Shown here piece by piece: positions 10,349-19,831 of a stretch of DNA of 64,000 nt (the first letter of the stretch is position 1; the number at the start of each line of letters is the position of its first letter). The position numbers were made by a program, and so were the translations under genes. Source of the stretch: Spirochaetia bacterium (GTDB lineage: Bacteria; Spirochaetota; Spirochaetia; UBA9216); contig OY776510.1 in the NCBI GenBank assembly GCA_963675665.1, positions 928,001 through 992,000 on the forward strand, read 5' to 3'. The notes under the pieces were generated by a model. That model had not been told where the DNA came from, ran no database searches, and was given only the letters and a program-made list of their open reading frames with translations.

Positions 10349-10500
10349 GAGGTAGTTGCCTAACTCAGATTCCCTTTTTTGTAACACTGATAGCAACACC
10401 TGTTTCTAATTCATCTGAAACAGATTCAATAACAGAATAAATTATACCTGCTAATTTATCAGCCTTTAATCCCTCCATACGAATTCGAATATCAGGTACT
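10349..10500 (-). pseudogene. C-terminal remnant of a DUF5615/PIN-like toxin
   Basis: Minus-strand translation VPDIRIRMEGLKADKLAGIIYSVIESVSDELETGVAISVTKKGI*VRQLP resembles the C-terminal half of DUF5615 PIN-like proteins; internal stop, no N-terminus. Confidence 0.55.
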
Positions 10501-10545
10501 TGAAAGGTAGCACAATGATGGTAGAATAGTCAGCAGGAGAATAAA

Positions 10546-11433
10546 GTGAAAAACATTCCTTCTCAGATCAGAGCCTCCCTGAAACCCTCACTTGAACGAT
10601 GGGAAAACAATCGTGAAACAGCGGAGAAAATTTCCTCCCTGTACCCTGTGACCTCCGGGACACTTAAAACCAGAAAGGGAAACTGGGAAATCTATACACG
10701 TTCTTCAGATCCGGTTCCGCATTTTCTGGAACAGGAAGCTGATTCATTTCAACCCGGGTTTTCTGCTGTTTATAAGCGGGAGGGGAAGCCTCTTTCTTTC
10801 GTCACCGGCGAGTCAGTTGATATAGATACTATAAATCAGAGCCTTCGGACAGTCAGCCGGAAAATGGCGGAGCAACGCTGGCTGTTTTCACATCCGTTGA
10901 AAAGCCTGAATGAAGAGTACGGCTTTCAGGCGGGAATAAAATGGGGACTCAGGATCATGATACTGCTGACAGTTTTTGTGATATTTGACCTTTTTCTTAT
11001 CCCTAATTATCCGGAAGCCCTGGCCCAGGGGTTGTCCATTTCATTCCTTGGAGGAGATGCTGCCGGTCTGGATTTTACAGGTTACCAAAGCCTGATCTTA
11101 CGGCTTATTACCCCGATTTTGGGAGAGGAATATTTATATCTAGCCTATTCAATTTATTCACTTGCCGCTTTCTTCATCATTCCGATTTTGATATTTACCG
11201 TTTGGACGGAAATAGCGGGGAAACGGGCTGATAAGTTAAGAATGAAAAAGCTTCCGCCGAAAGCCCTGAATTTTCTTTACGGTTTCGAAGCGCAAAAAGT
11301 TATGAATATTGAATATGCCCGACTGCGGGAGGAAGAGAAAAAAGGGCGTCTCTACCGGCAGCTTTCGGGTTTGGGTTTGAAGGTGTCAAAGGAAGAATTT
11401 CAAAAGCTCTATATAGAAATGCTTCATGGATGA
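10546..11433 (+). CDS. Hypothetical membrane protein (2-3 TM)
   Basis: GTG with AGGAG RBS, 295 aa, central hydrophobic segments; no recognisable motif. Confidence 0.6.
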   Translation: MKNIPSQIRASLKPSLERWENNRETAEKISSLYPVTSGTLKTRKGNWEIYTRSSDPVPHFLEQEADSFQPGFSAVYKREGKPLSFVTGESVDIDTINQSLRTVSRKMAEQRWLFSHPLKSLNEEYGFQAGIKWGLRIMILLTVFVIFDLFLIPNYPEALAQGLSISFLGGDAAGLDFTGYQSLILRLITPILGEEYLYLAYSIYSLAAFFIIPILIFTVWTEIAGKRADKLRMKKLPPKALNFLYGFEAQKVMNIEYARLREEEKKGRLYRQLSGLGLKVSKEEFQKLYIEMLHG

Positions 11434-11546
11434 TAAACAGGACGCGTCAGCGGTATTTCCTCGATACATTCTTTGAGAATTATAATATTCCATATATTCT
11501 GAGATGATTTTCCTGCCCTGTTTCCCGGAAAACAGCAGAAAAAGAT

Positions 11547-11700
11547 CAAAAGCTTAATGTTTGGTGCATGTGAGCAGAGATTTACTCCCTTAATTCCATA
11601 ATCAGTATTAATCTATTGAAGTGAGTAGAGAGTAGAAGAAGCTGAATATGATTTGATTATATCCATGATTTTGATTGTAGTAAATTTTCCATATTAGAGT
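11547..11700 (-). pseudogene. rve-type transposase remnant, copy 2 (upstream palindrome, N-terminal patch, catalytic-core patch)
   Basis: Palindrome gattgtagtaaattttccatatta (11673-11696); minus strand reads IFSFFYSLLTS then DYGIKGVNLCSHAPN; 11558-11588 matches 20539-20569 at 29/31. Confidence 0.65.
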
Positions 11701-11995
11701 GGCTCAAAGTTCCGGATGAAAAAACTAACACACGGTATTTCTATGTTAGCTTTTTGTAGGCTATCGGGAAGACGTTTTATGGCCGGATTACAACAGATAG
11801 TGTTTTATCATTTACCCTGAATGATTGGAAAGTCTGATCCGTAATAAAATCTTAAGAAAATTCCATGGATTTTTCAGTATAATTTAAATAATCCGGGAAT
11901 TGGCATTGCCGCCTGTTCTGACTGTATTGTACTCCAAATTTTACTTACAAAGCGGCACCGAAGGTATCGCCAATTGAAATGGGCGCTCTGAGCTT

Positions 11996-12019
11996 GAATG
12001 TGGAAAAGTTGCTACATTA
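11996..12019. repeat. 24-bp palindrome, copy 3 (opposite orientation)
   Basis: gaatgtggaaaagttgctacatta followed by aaaa...atca, matching the reverse complement of 4160-4198. Confidence 0.65.
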
Positions 12020-12067
12020 AAAAAAATCACATGATCTACTTTTTCTAAGTAAGCGGTAATTCTTCCC

Positions 12068-13600
12068 CTATGACTTTATCTGTTCAGCGGTCAGGTTGAA
12101 CGGTAGCAGTTTTTCATAATCTGCGGGTTCTTCACAGTACGGTAACTTGCGAAAAACATAGTAGAAGTAATCATAGACCGATAGCTTCTGCAATTTAGCA
12201 GATTCAACAAGACTGTAGAGTACCGCCGAAGATTCGGCTCCATGTTCGGTGTCGGAAAACAACCAGTTCTTCCGTCCGATTACAAACGGCCGGATTGCAT
12301 TTTCAGCAATGTTGTTCGACGGAGTAAGCAGCGGATCTTCCAGGTATAACTTTAACTGAACCCAGTTATCAAGCGTGTATGATATCGCCTTCCCGAAAGC
12401 CATTGTAGGCGGAGTCCCTGCTGCATGTTTAGTAAGCTGTTTGAATAAAGAATCAAGGATAGATCCGGCCTGGTTGGCTCGATGCTTCTGAAAGCCTTTT
12501 TTGGAATATTGCTCGCGCAGGGCTTCAAGCTCGAACAGGTCTTTAATCAATTCAAGTATATGTTTTACTTCCGGAGATTTAGACATCTCCCAGTATTTAT
12601 AAAAATACCTTCTGGCATGCGCCCAACATAAAACATGACGAGGTCCATCATGTCCATCTTTTCGCAGCCTTTTCAAAGCAGTGTGATAGGCCTCATAATC
12701 ATCAGTCTGCAACCAACCGGTATAACCTTGCAGAAAATCATACGGTATTTCATGAGAACGGCCTGTTTCATACTGAAACACTACCGATTTTTTATCAGGT
12801 TTTCCGCCAAGAAAGACCCACATCCAGGATTTATCCTGTGCTTTGCGACCTTTTTCTTTCAAAACCTGTACCCGGGTTTCATCGGCATTTATTATCGGCC
12901 CGTTTTTAATATTATCTTTAAGCAACTCATAAATCGGTCTGCATTTATCAGCGCACTTTATTGCCAATGTGCTCAGTGTTGCCCTTGGAATATCTGCACC
13001 AATTGTATTCAGTCTCTTGCTCTGACGGTAGAACGGGAGAGCATATTCAAACTTCTCATTTATGATCCACGCGAGAAGGCTTTCATCGGCAATGCTCCCG
13101 GCGATCAGATGTTTAATCCCTTCAGCAGTCTGCACCCCCGAAGTTTCATCGGTGGTTCCTTCACAATTTCTGCAAACATATTTTTTCTTTATCTCACGCC
13201 TGACTACTACTTTCGCAGGAACTATGCATAGCCGTTCGGAGACATCTTCACCAATACAAATCTTCTCAGTTCCGCAAGCGCATGTTTTATCTTCCTCATC
13301 AATATCGTATTCAATAATTTCTCGGGGAAGATCTTCTGACAGAGCTTTTCTACCGACACCCTTACGAACAGTTTTCGTGTGAGCTTTTACTTCACGGGTC
13401 TCAGTTTCTATTTCTTCGTTCTGCTCAAATGCCGTATCCTCTGCCTCGTTGAAAAGTGACGCCTGTTTTTTATCTTCATTCGTGAGCTTCTCTGATTTTG
13501 TTCCGAAATGAAGAGATTGCAAAAGCTGGACCTGCTCTTCTAATCGGGCAATTTTTATTTTTAATTTCTCATTCTCTTCAAGCAAAGCCTGGCTGTTCAT
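12068..13600 (-). CDS. tnpC: IS66 transposase
   Basis: 'FGTKSEKL', zinc finger, 'LPFYRQ', INADET, LQTDDY, CWAHARR, 'NNIAENAIRPFVIGRKNWLF'. Confidence 0.97.
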   Translation of the reverse strand: MNSQALLEENEKLKIKIARLEEQVQLLQSLHFGTKSEKLTNEDKKQASLFNEAEDTAFEQNEEIETETREVKAHTKTVRKGVGRKALSEDLPREIIEYDIDEEDKTCACGTEKICIGEDVSERLCIVPAKVVVRREIKKKYVCRNCEGTTDETSGVQTAEGIKHLIAGSIADESLLAWIINEKFEYALPFYRQSKRLNTIGADIPRATLSTLAIKCADKCRPIYELLKDNIKNGPIINADETRVQVLKEKGRKAQDKSWMWVFLGGKPDKKSVVFQYETGRSHEIPYDFLQGYTGWLQTDDYEAYHTALKRLRKDGHDGPRHVLCWAHARRYFYKYWEMSKSPEVKHILELIKDLFELEALREQYSKKGFQKHRANQAGSILDSLFKQLTKHAAGTPPTMAFGKAISYTLDNWVQLKLYLEDPLLTPSNNIAENAIRPFVIGRKNWLFSDTEHGAESSAVLYSLVESAKLQKLSVYDYFYYVFRKLPYCEEPADYEKLLPFNLTAEQIKS

Positions 13601-13638
13601 AAATAAATTTTAACATGATTAAATTCCGGTGTGAAGCA

Positions 13639-13983
13639 TTAAACGCGGGAATATGATAATTCTTTATGCGCGTTGAAGAAATCTATCCCGTCCAGCAGCA
13701 TCTTAAGTTCCTCGAATCTGATTTCTCTGGCCTCTTCTTCTGTTTCAGGCCAGGGAAACTTGTTCTTCTCCAACCGTTTCTGCCATAGGCAGAATCCGTT
13801 TCGATCCCAGTAGACAATTTTCAAAAGTTTTTGTTGGCCGTTACAGAACAGAAACAAACTTTTCGAAAACGGGTCATTATGCATTACGTTCTGAATCTGA
13901 AGGCTCAATCCGTTTACCCCTTTTCTTAAATCCGTTTTGCCGGGCCGTATAAAATATCGGTAATCTGTATAATCGAAAATCAT
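13639..13983 (-). CDS. tnpB: IS66 accessory protein TnpB
   Basis: 'TDLRKGVNGL', 'KIVYWDRNGFCLWQKRLEK'. Confidence 0.96.
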   Translation of the reverse strand: MIFDYTDYRYFIRPGKTDLRKGVNGLSLQIQNVMHNDPFSKSLFLFCNGQQKLLKIVYWDRNGFCLWQKRLEKNKFPWPETEEEAREIRFEELKMLLDGIDFFNAHKELSYSRV

Positions 13984-14276
13984 TCAAGTTCTCCGATTAT
14001 TCTCAGAACTGATTTCAGCTCGGCTTCATCAAACCCGGCAGTTATTGATATTAAAAACTTTTTGGACTTCAATACAATTGGTGCAGCTGCTACAGATTGA
14101 ACGGGTTTTATTTCTATTATCTCTGAGCTCTTTGACAGGTTCATACCGAACCGTTTTCTGTGCTTATAGAAAGTATTTGGATGAATTTCAATCTCTTTGC
14201 AAAACTCCGGAATTGATTTTCCGCTCATCTGTTGTTGTTCAAATATTTCTTCCCAGTTTTTGATTATCTTCTTCAT
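13980..14276 (-). CDS. tnpA: IS66 accessory protein TnpA
   Basis: HTH 'SGKSIPEFCKEIEIHPNTFY'; ATG 14276 after GGAGG; ATGA overlap with tnpB. Confidence 0.85.
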   Translation of the reverse strand: MKKIIKNWEEIFEQQQMSGKSIPEFCKEIEIHPNTFYKHRKRFGMNLSKSSEIIEIKPVQSVAAAPIVLKSKKFLISITAGFDEAELKSVLRIIGELE

Positions 14277-14383
14277 TTCATTCCTCCGTGATTCTTTTCC
14301 CGGAGGATAGTACATTTTCAGATTTTCGCAAGAAGGAAAGAATTACCGCTTACTTTTCTAAGTATTATATAAACCGAATCACG

Positions 14384-14419
14384 GAGTGATGTAACTCATT
14401 TGTTACCGTTACATGACTC
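14384..14419. promoter_or_regulatory. Inverted repeat upstream of serine hydrolase (candidate LuxR-type operator)
   Basis: gagtgatgtaac-N12-gttacatgactc (11/12 complementary). Confidence 0.4.
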
Positions 14420-14500
14420 GTTCATTACCACTTTCATATTCTTGGACTCTGGTTTTTCCGGCATATTTTACTAATCACTGGTATAGATAAAGGAGAAACT

Positions 14501-15895
14501 ATGTTTAAAAAGATTGCCATTTTTTTGCTGTTTATTTCGGCAATTACCTCAACTCTCTGTGCGTTGGAACAAATTGATGAAACGCAGTTTGACAGCTTTG
14601 TCCGTCGGATCATAGAGAAGTATAAAATCCCCGGAGTTTCCATTGCCGTATTTAATGCAAATGAAATCCTTTACACTTTCGGAGATGGAAAAACAATCGG
14701 GAAGACAGCGATTGACAGTGACACTGTCTTCTACCTCGGTTCGACGAGTAAGACTCTTACAGCCCTGGCTATTCTGAAATTGTATGAACAAGGAAAAATC
14801 GATTTGGATGTTCCCTATAACCGGTATGTGCCCGAATTCACATCGCCATATGCCGAACAGCTTACGATTCGCCATCTCCTTCATCATCGGAGTGGTCTTG
14901 CCAGCAGGGAATTACTGTTGGGAGAAAATTCTTTTAAAGAGGAATTGAAAAGCATCAATCAAAAATGTGTTTCCACGATACCTCCCGGAGAAAGATATAT
15001 CTATTTCAACGGAAACTACAGATTACTAGGCCTCTTGGCAGAGGAAGTTTCGGGAATGGAATTTGAAGATTATATGAGACGGGAAATATTATCTCCCCTT
15101 GAACTTGAAAACATATACGCCGGACTGCCTTCTGTTAAGAACTCGGCACAAGGTCATGGCCGTTTCTTTGGAATTCCATTTTGCAGGAATCAGGTCTATA
15201 GACCGGGAGCTTTAACTTCCGGCTATTTCAGCGCCAGTACCGGAGACCTGGGGCGTCTTCTCATTAATATCCTGCAATCATATGAAGGGAACGGAATATT
15301 CAGGCACGATACCATAGCCGAATCATGGACCGTTATGGACAATGAGGATGAATCCTACGCCATGGGGTGGCTGAAAATACGGGATGGCGATTCGTTCTTT
15401 CTGGTGCACGGAGGGGCCCTCGAAAATTTTCAGAGCTTTCTTTATTTGAATCCGGACAAACAATTCGGCTTTGTTTTGCTGATAAATCAGGGAGGTCTTT
15501 TGTCCACATACGGAGGATTCTCTTCTCTGAGAGCCGGACTGATCAATATGCTTTCCGGAGTCGCAACCGAAGAGAAAGTATTAAACCCAATCTTCTATAT
15601 TGTATACGGCATTTTTGTTTTAATCTTTTTTCTTGAGCTCTTTTTGTTTTTTCGCTTATTGAAAAAGAAAGAGTCGTCACTTGCAGGCATAATTATAGAG
15701 AGCGCACTCTCCCTGTTCTTTCTTTTAGGCTTTATCCCCTTGATGAACAGGATTATGGGAGGCGGAGCTAACTGGAGGTTTATCGGAAATATATTACCGG
15801 AATTGTTTGTTCTTCTCTGGATTATTATAATATTCGGATTGGCAAGGGCGCTTATAAAAATCGGGTATCTGTTTCATTTTCCCAAAGTGAGATGA
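14501..15895 (+). CDS. Beta-lactamase-family (AmpC/CubicO-like) serine hydrolase with C-terminal TM anchor
   Basis: Signal peptide, SxxK (STSK), LLHHRSG, YxN (YFN), HGG; three C-terminal TMs. Confidence 0.9.
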   Translation: MFKKIAIFLLFISAITSTLCALEQIDETQFDSFVRRIIEKYKIPGVSIAVFNANEILYTFGDGKTIGKTAIDSDTVFYLGSTSKTLTALAILKLYEQGKIDLDVPYNRYVPEFTSPYAEQLTIRHLLHHRSGLASRELLLGENSFKEELKSINQKCVSTIPPGERYIYFNGNYRLLGLLAEEVSGMEFEDYMRREILSPLELENIYAGLPSVKNSAQGHGRFFGIPFCRNQVYRPGALTSGYFSASTGDLGRLLINILQSYEGNGIFRHDTIAESWTVMDNEDESYAMGWLKIRDGDSFFLVHGGALENFQSFLYLNPDKQFGFVLLINQGGLLSTYGGFSSLRAGLINMLSGVATEEKVLNPIFYIVYGIFVLIFFLELFLFFRLLKKKESSLAGIIIESALSLFFLLGFIPLMNRIMGGGANWRFIGNILPELFVLLWIIIIFGLARALIKIGYLFHFPKVR

Positions 15896-16826
15896 AATCT
15901 CTCCGGGTTTCTACTCCCGTTTTTTGGAAAATACTGTGGATATGATTTTTTACGGTACCGTATGAAATATTGAGATGCTGGCTTATCTCTTTATTGGAAA
16001 GACCACTTTGAACCATAAGGGATATCTCTTCTTCCCGGTGCGATAATTGGAATTGCTTTAACAAGGCTTTTCTTTTTCTTGTCAGAAGACCGGAGATGTC
16101 CCTGTTGTGGTTTGCCTTGAAAAGATAGTAGAAGGAAACAATTGATATTATAAGAAAGATCGGAGGATAGTAAATCAACTCAAGAGGGTTTGGGAGCTGA
16201 TCATAGTCAAAGAAATTCGGCGTGATTTCTTCAAAGCGAGCAGGATATCTCGAAATGATATTAATCAGTGTGAAGATAATATATAAACCTGATATAATGC
16301 TGCAAACCAGATATTCGTTTGCCGGTATGGAAGAAAAATTCCTTTTCAGAGTTCTCCAGCCCCATATAACAAGACCTGCAGCCGGCAATGCCAGCGACGA
16401 TACGAAAAGAATGACTGAATCGATCAATGAAAAGAGGTTCGGGTTAACAGGTAGAATGAGATTTACGGCAAAGGCCAAAAAAGGAGAAAATGCCGTCAGT
16501 ATTAAGAAGAACGAGAGCAAATGCGAAATCTTTTGTTTTAATAACTTGTAGACAAGAATAAATGCACAGACGCCGAAAAGTGATTCCGGAATAAATCTTA
16601 ACAGGAATATCAGTCTGATGTAGGGTTTGATAGTCTCAGGGCGGAAGTTTAATATCAAATACTGACGGATTAATGCCATCGCCCCGTCATGAAATAGAAG
16701 AAATAATAATATAGAGTAATACAGCAGAGAAGATGAACGATTTTTTCCGTATTGAAAAAATGTGATCGAAATTACTCCCCAAAGCAAAGTTAAAGCGATT
16801 CCGTTCACCAAAAGTACTATATGCAT
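15852..16826 (-). CDS. Membrane-anchored LuxR-type regulator
   Basis: About 7 N-terminal TMs plus 'LSHREEEI...GLSNKEISQHLNISYGTVKNHIHSIFQK'. Confidence 0.9.
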   Translation of the reverse strand: MHIVLLVNGIALTLLWGVISITFFQYGKNRSSSLLYYSILLFLLFHDGAMALIRQYLILNFRPETIKPYIRLIFLLRFIPESLFGVCAFILVYKLLKQKISHLLSFFLILTAFSPFLAFAVNLILPVNPNLFSLIDSVILFVSSLALPAAGLVIWGWRTLKRNFSSIPANEYLVCSIISGLYIIFTLINIISRYPARFEEITPNFFDYDQLPNPLELIYYPPIFLIISIVSFYYLFKANHNRDISGLLTRKRKALLKQFQLSHREEEISLMVQSGLSNKEISQHLNISYGTVKNHIHSIFQKTGVETRRDFISLWENETDTRFL

Positions 16827-17063
16827 TGTAAAATATTAGATTATCAATTTCCTGTTGTCAATTAAGGCAATAAAGGAAAAGGAAAACAAAGAATACAGTG
16901 CATTGGCATTTTTCACTTTTAAGCACTTGAACGGTATTTATGCCGAAGGGTGCTTCTTCTGAAGGGTTTATCATGCTACAAGTTGCCGCACCAGAGGCGG
17001 ACTTGTCCTGGCGATGTGGCAGCAAATGCACTCTCAATTTAATTTCTTAAATATAATTCATTT

Positions 17064-17081
17064 CCGTAGCATATGTTACAG
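17064..17081 (+). promoter_or_regulatory. Candidate HcpR-type (CRP/FNR family) binding site
   Basis: ccGTAGCatatGTTACag resembles the GTAAC-N4-(C/G)TTAC HcpR-type palindrome of Clostridia/Bacteroides/Treponema; immediately upstream of the DUF438 operon. Confidence 0.55.
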
Positions 17082-17104
17082 ACATGTCTTAATATATTAG
17101 AAGT

Positions 17105-17842
17105 ATGAACCTATATAAAGTTTTGGCTTCCGAATATAAAGAAATCTTTCCTTCCTCAAATGAAAAAGTTGAATTTGTCGAATCATATCTTGATAAAGCC
17201 GAATCCCAGCAAATACTGGACATCGGATGCGCCAGTGGAGAGTTGGTCTGTCAATTATCTTCATCAAACAGAGACGTTACAGGAATCGACCTTGATGCAC
17301 TTATGATAGAGGAGGCCATGGCTTTCTTGCCTTCGGTTCCTGCAACCAGGGTACAATTCCATCAGGCTGATATGCTCCGGTTTTTGTCAGATTCAGGTGC
17401 CTGTCGGTTTGACCTGATAAGCTGCCTGGGCAATACAGTTGTTTATCTTGATGGGGAGACTGAATTGAAGAAGTTTCTCTTATTGGTAAAAAATGTGCTG
17501 AAGCAGCATGGAACGATGATCATACAAATATTGAATTACAGTAATCCGGAGATAGTTCCAGGTTTTACTTTTCCGACAGTTGAAACAGGCAGGATTGAAT
17601 TCAACAGGGAGTATGTGGCAATGGATGATTCATCAAAATTGGGTTTTAAGACTTCCATTAAAGATAAATCTACAGGTGAGACTGATACGGATTTACATCG
17701 ACACTATCCGTTTTTAAGCAGTAGAATTGTAGAGATAGCAAAGGATGCGGGATTTAAAGATGCACATATTTACGGCGGTTATGACGGGAAAGAAGCTGAT
17801 GTTTCAAATTTCTTTCATCTGATAGTTCTGAAGACGGGTTAA
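17105..17842 (+). CDS. Class I SAM-dependent methyltransferase
   Basis: ILDIGCASG motif I, GIDLD, QADM, 'CLGNT'. Confidence 0.9.
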   Translation: MNLYKVLASEYKEIFPSSNEKVEFVESYLDKAESQQILDIGCASGELVCQLSSSNRDVTGIDLDALMIEEAMAFLPSVPATRVQFHQADMLRFLSDSGACRFDLISCLGNTVVYLDGETELKKFLLLVKNVLKQHGTMIIQILNYSNPEIVPGFTFPTVETGRIEFNREYVAMDDSSKLGFKTSIKDKSTGETDTDLHRHYPFLSSRIVEIAKDAGFKDAHIYGGYDGKEADVSNFFHLIVLKTG

Positions 17843-17853
17843 GCAGTTAAGCG

Positions 17854-19044
17854 ATGGGTGAAGCAATAGGAAATAATAAAATCAAAGAGGAGAAACTGAG
17901 GGAGATTGTCCGGAACCTCAATGAAGGAACGGATATTCGTAAGGTGAAAAAGCAGTTTGATAAGCTGATCCGCGACATAAGCCCCGAAGAAATTGCGAAC
18001 GTAGAGCAGTCTCTGATAAATGAAGGGGTGCCGGTAGAGCATGTTCAAAAGCTTTGTGATATTCATGTGCAGGTTTTCGATGATGCTCTCAAAAAACAGG
18101 GAAAATCCAGAGTTCTGCCGGGTCATCCGGTACACACTTACCGGTTAGAGAATAAGGAACTGAAGAAAAGGATACGCGGTCTCAAACAATCTATAAAATC
18201 AGATTTCCTGGTAAAATTGAAAGATGCAAAAATGATTGAACTCCATTATGTTAGAAAAGAGAATCAGCTCTTTCCATTCCTTGAAACTGCAGGTTTTACG
18301 GGGCCCTCGAAGGTCATGTGGGGAAAGCATGATGAGATTCGTGCATTATTCAGGAAGATAGAAGAGGATTACAATAAAGGTGATCTTAACGCTGTTAAGA
18401 AACAGACCGATGTTCTGATAAAAGCTCTGAAAAATATGGTCTTCATGGAAGAGAGAATCCTTTTTCCCGCCTCAATAAGAAAGCTTCCTCCTCAGGCCTG
18501 GTCTTCTATCAGAAAGGGTGAATCCGCAATAGGGTACTGCTGGATTGAACCGGGGAACCTCCGGGATGCAAACATTGTTGGGGGAGATGGTTCGGAAGCG
18601 GCGCCGGCCGGCCCCTCCCAAAGTACGCAATCCGGTGATGAAAAGATTTCTCTTGATACAGGGGCTTTGTCTGCAACGCAGATAAACCTGATGCTGAAAA
18701 ATCTCCCGTTTGATATGACCTATGTGGATGAAAACGACAAAGTTGTTTATTATTCGGAAGGGAAAGAACGAATCTTTCCCAGAAGCCCGGGAATAATCGG
18801 ACGGGAAGTAGCCAACTGTCATCCTCCGAAGAGTGTTCACATAGTTGAAAAGATTGTTGAAGCCCTAAAAAAAGGTGAAAAAGAGCAGGCGGAGTTCTGG
18901 ATACAGATGAACGGGATGTTTATCCATATCAGGTATTTCCCCATTTTCGATGAACAGGGCAAATACAGAGGCATTATTGAAGTCAGCCAGGAAGTCTCGG
19001 GAATTCGTTCCCTTGAGGGCGAACATCGCCTGCTGGAGTGGTAA
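17854..19044 (+). CDS. DUF438 / hemerythrin / PAS domain protein
   Basis: 'ISPEEIANVEQSLI', 'LCDIH', 'GHPVHT', 'HYVRKENQLFP', 'MWGKHDEIR', PAS 'IGREVANCHPPKS'. Confidence 0.9.
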   Translation: MGEAIGNNKIKEEKLREIVRNLNEGTDIRKVKKQFDKLIRDISPEEIANVEQSLINEGVPVEHVQKLCDIHVQVFDDALKKQGKSRVLPGHPVHTYRLENKELKKRIRGLKQSIKSDFLVKLKDAKMIELHYVRKENQLFPFLETAGFTGPSKVMWGKHDEIRALFRKIEEDYNKGDLNAVKKQTDVLIKALKNMVFMEERILFPASIRKLPPQAWSSIRKGESAIGYCWIEPGNLRDANIVGGDGSEAAPAGPSQSTQSGDEKISLDTGALSATQINLMLKNLPFDMTYVDENDKVVYYSEGKERIFPRSPGIIGREVANCHPPKSVHIVEKIVEALKKGEKEQAEFWIQMNGMFIHIRYFPIFDEQGKYRGIIEVSQEVSGIRSLEGEHRLLEW

Positions 19045-19769
19045 TGGATCCATATATTACGCTGTCTTTGGTCGATTATATCCAGTTGCTCCATGGCGGG
19101 CCGGTGGCAAAATCTCTTTTTATCTACTTTGAAGCTGAATTAAAGAACTGTTCTCCGGCAGAGGTGAATACAGCTATTGAGAATCTGATGACCAGATATA
19201 AAGATGTTGATGAAATTGAGAATACGGTTGCAAGGTTCATCAGGTCTGTTACTCCGGGGTTGGAAAAACACAGAAAACCGGAATACGCGCAAGATAGCAT
19301 TTTTAGCATTCTTGATAAGGAAAATCAGATTATCGATACAATTCTGAAGAATCTTAAAAAGGTATATGTAAAAACATTACCTGAACTCAAGGCAGAAAAT
19401 AGAAACGCAAAAATGTATTTACAGAATGAAATAGGAAAAATCGAAGCTATAAAAAAGCATTACCTGAAACTTCAATACGGCGTTTTTTCCGCATTGGAAT
19501 CAGCGGGTGCGCCAACCCGATGTATTCAGCTGATGTGGCATCTGCAGGATTCTGTCTGGCCGAAATTAAAAGACTGCCGGGATCTGCTGTCCGGGGAAGT
19601 TTGGGATTTCAACCTGTTTAACAAAACTTACGGTCAGATGTTTTTCCTGCTGGCTTCTCTGGTCTTTAGAGAGGATAAGATACTCTTCCCTGTAGCATCT
19701 CAATATTTGCCCGAAGGCGTTCAGATGAAGTTGATGCTTGACGCAGAGACATATGGAATTTTAGCATAG
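19044..19769 (+). CDS. Degenerate DUF438/hemerythrin-like paralog
   Basis: Colinear with N-half of preceding protein (SPAEVN, HYLKLQ, MWHLQD, VFREDKILFP), several putative metal ligands replaced. Confidence 0.7.
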   Translation: MDPYITLSLVDYIQLLHGGPVAKSLFIYFEAELKNCSPAEVNTAIENLMTRYKDVDEIENTVARFIRSVTPGLEKHRKPEYAQDSIFSILDKENQIIDTILKNLKKVYVKTLPELKAENRNAKMYLQNEIGKIEAIKKHYLKLQYGVFSALESAGAPTRCIQLMWHLQDSVWPKLKDCRDLLSGEVWDFNLFNKTYGQMFFLLASLVFREDKILFPVASQYLPEGVQMKLMLDAETYGILA

Positions 19770-19785
19770 TGTGATAGGTATCACA
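19770..19785. promoter_or_regulatory. CRP/FNR-family (HcpR/CRP-like) palindrome
   Basis: Perfect TGTGA-N6-TCACA (tgtgataggtatcaca) 46 bp upstream of the 4Fe-4S gene. Confidence 0.6.
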
Positions 19786-19831
19786 GCCAAGAAACGGGAA
19801 ATAGCTTAACCTGTTTATTCAGGAGGCTGAT

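Larger units (their letters stand above)
12049..14353 (-). mobile_element. IS66 family insertion sequence, intact (2305 bp)
   Basis: Terminal IR GTAAGCGGTAATTCTT (16/16) at 12049 and ending at 14353; 8-bp TSD TTTTCTAA at 12041-12048 and 14354-14361; tnpA-tnpB-tnpC. Confidence 0.97.

Noticed and set aside
11558-11588. 31-bp repeat shared with 20539-20569 and starting TGT, read as an IS481-like terminus
   Set aside because: It translates as the transposase catalytic-core patch (GVNxCSxAPN), so it is internal coding sequence, not an end.
11950-11995. caccgaagg (also gccgaagg near 16942) resembling a glycine riboswitch core
   Set aside because: Lacks the GGAGA and CUCUCAGG elements and a suitable downstream gene.
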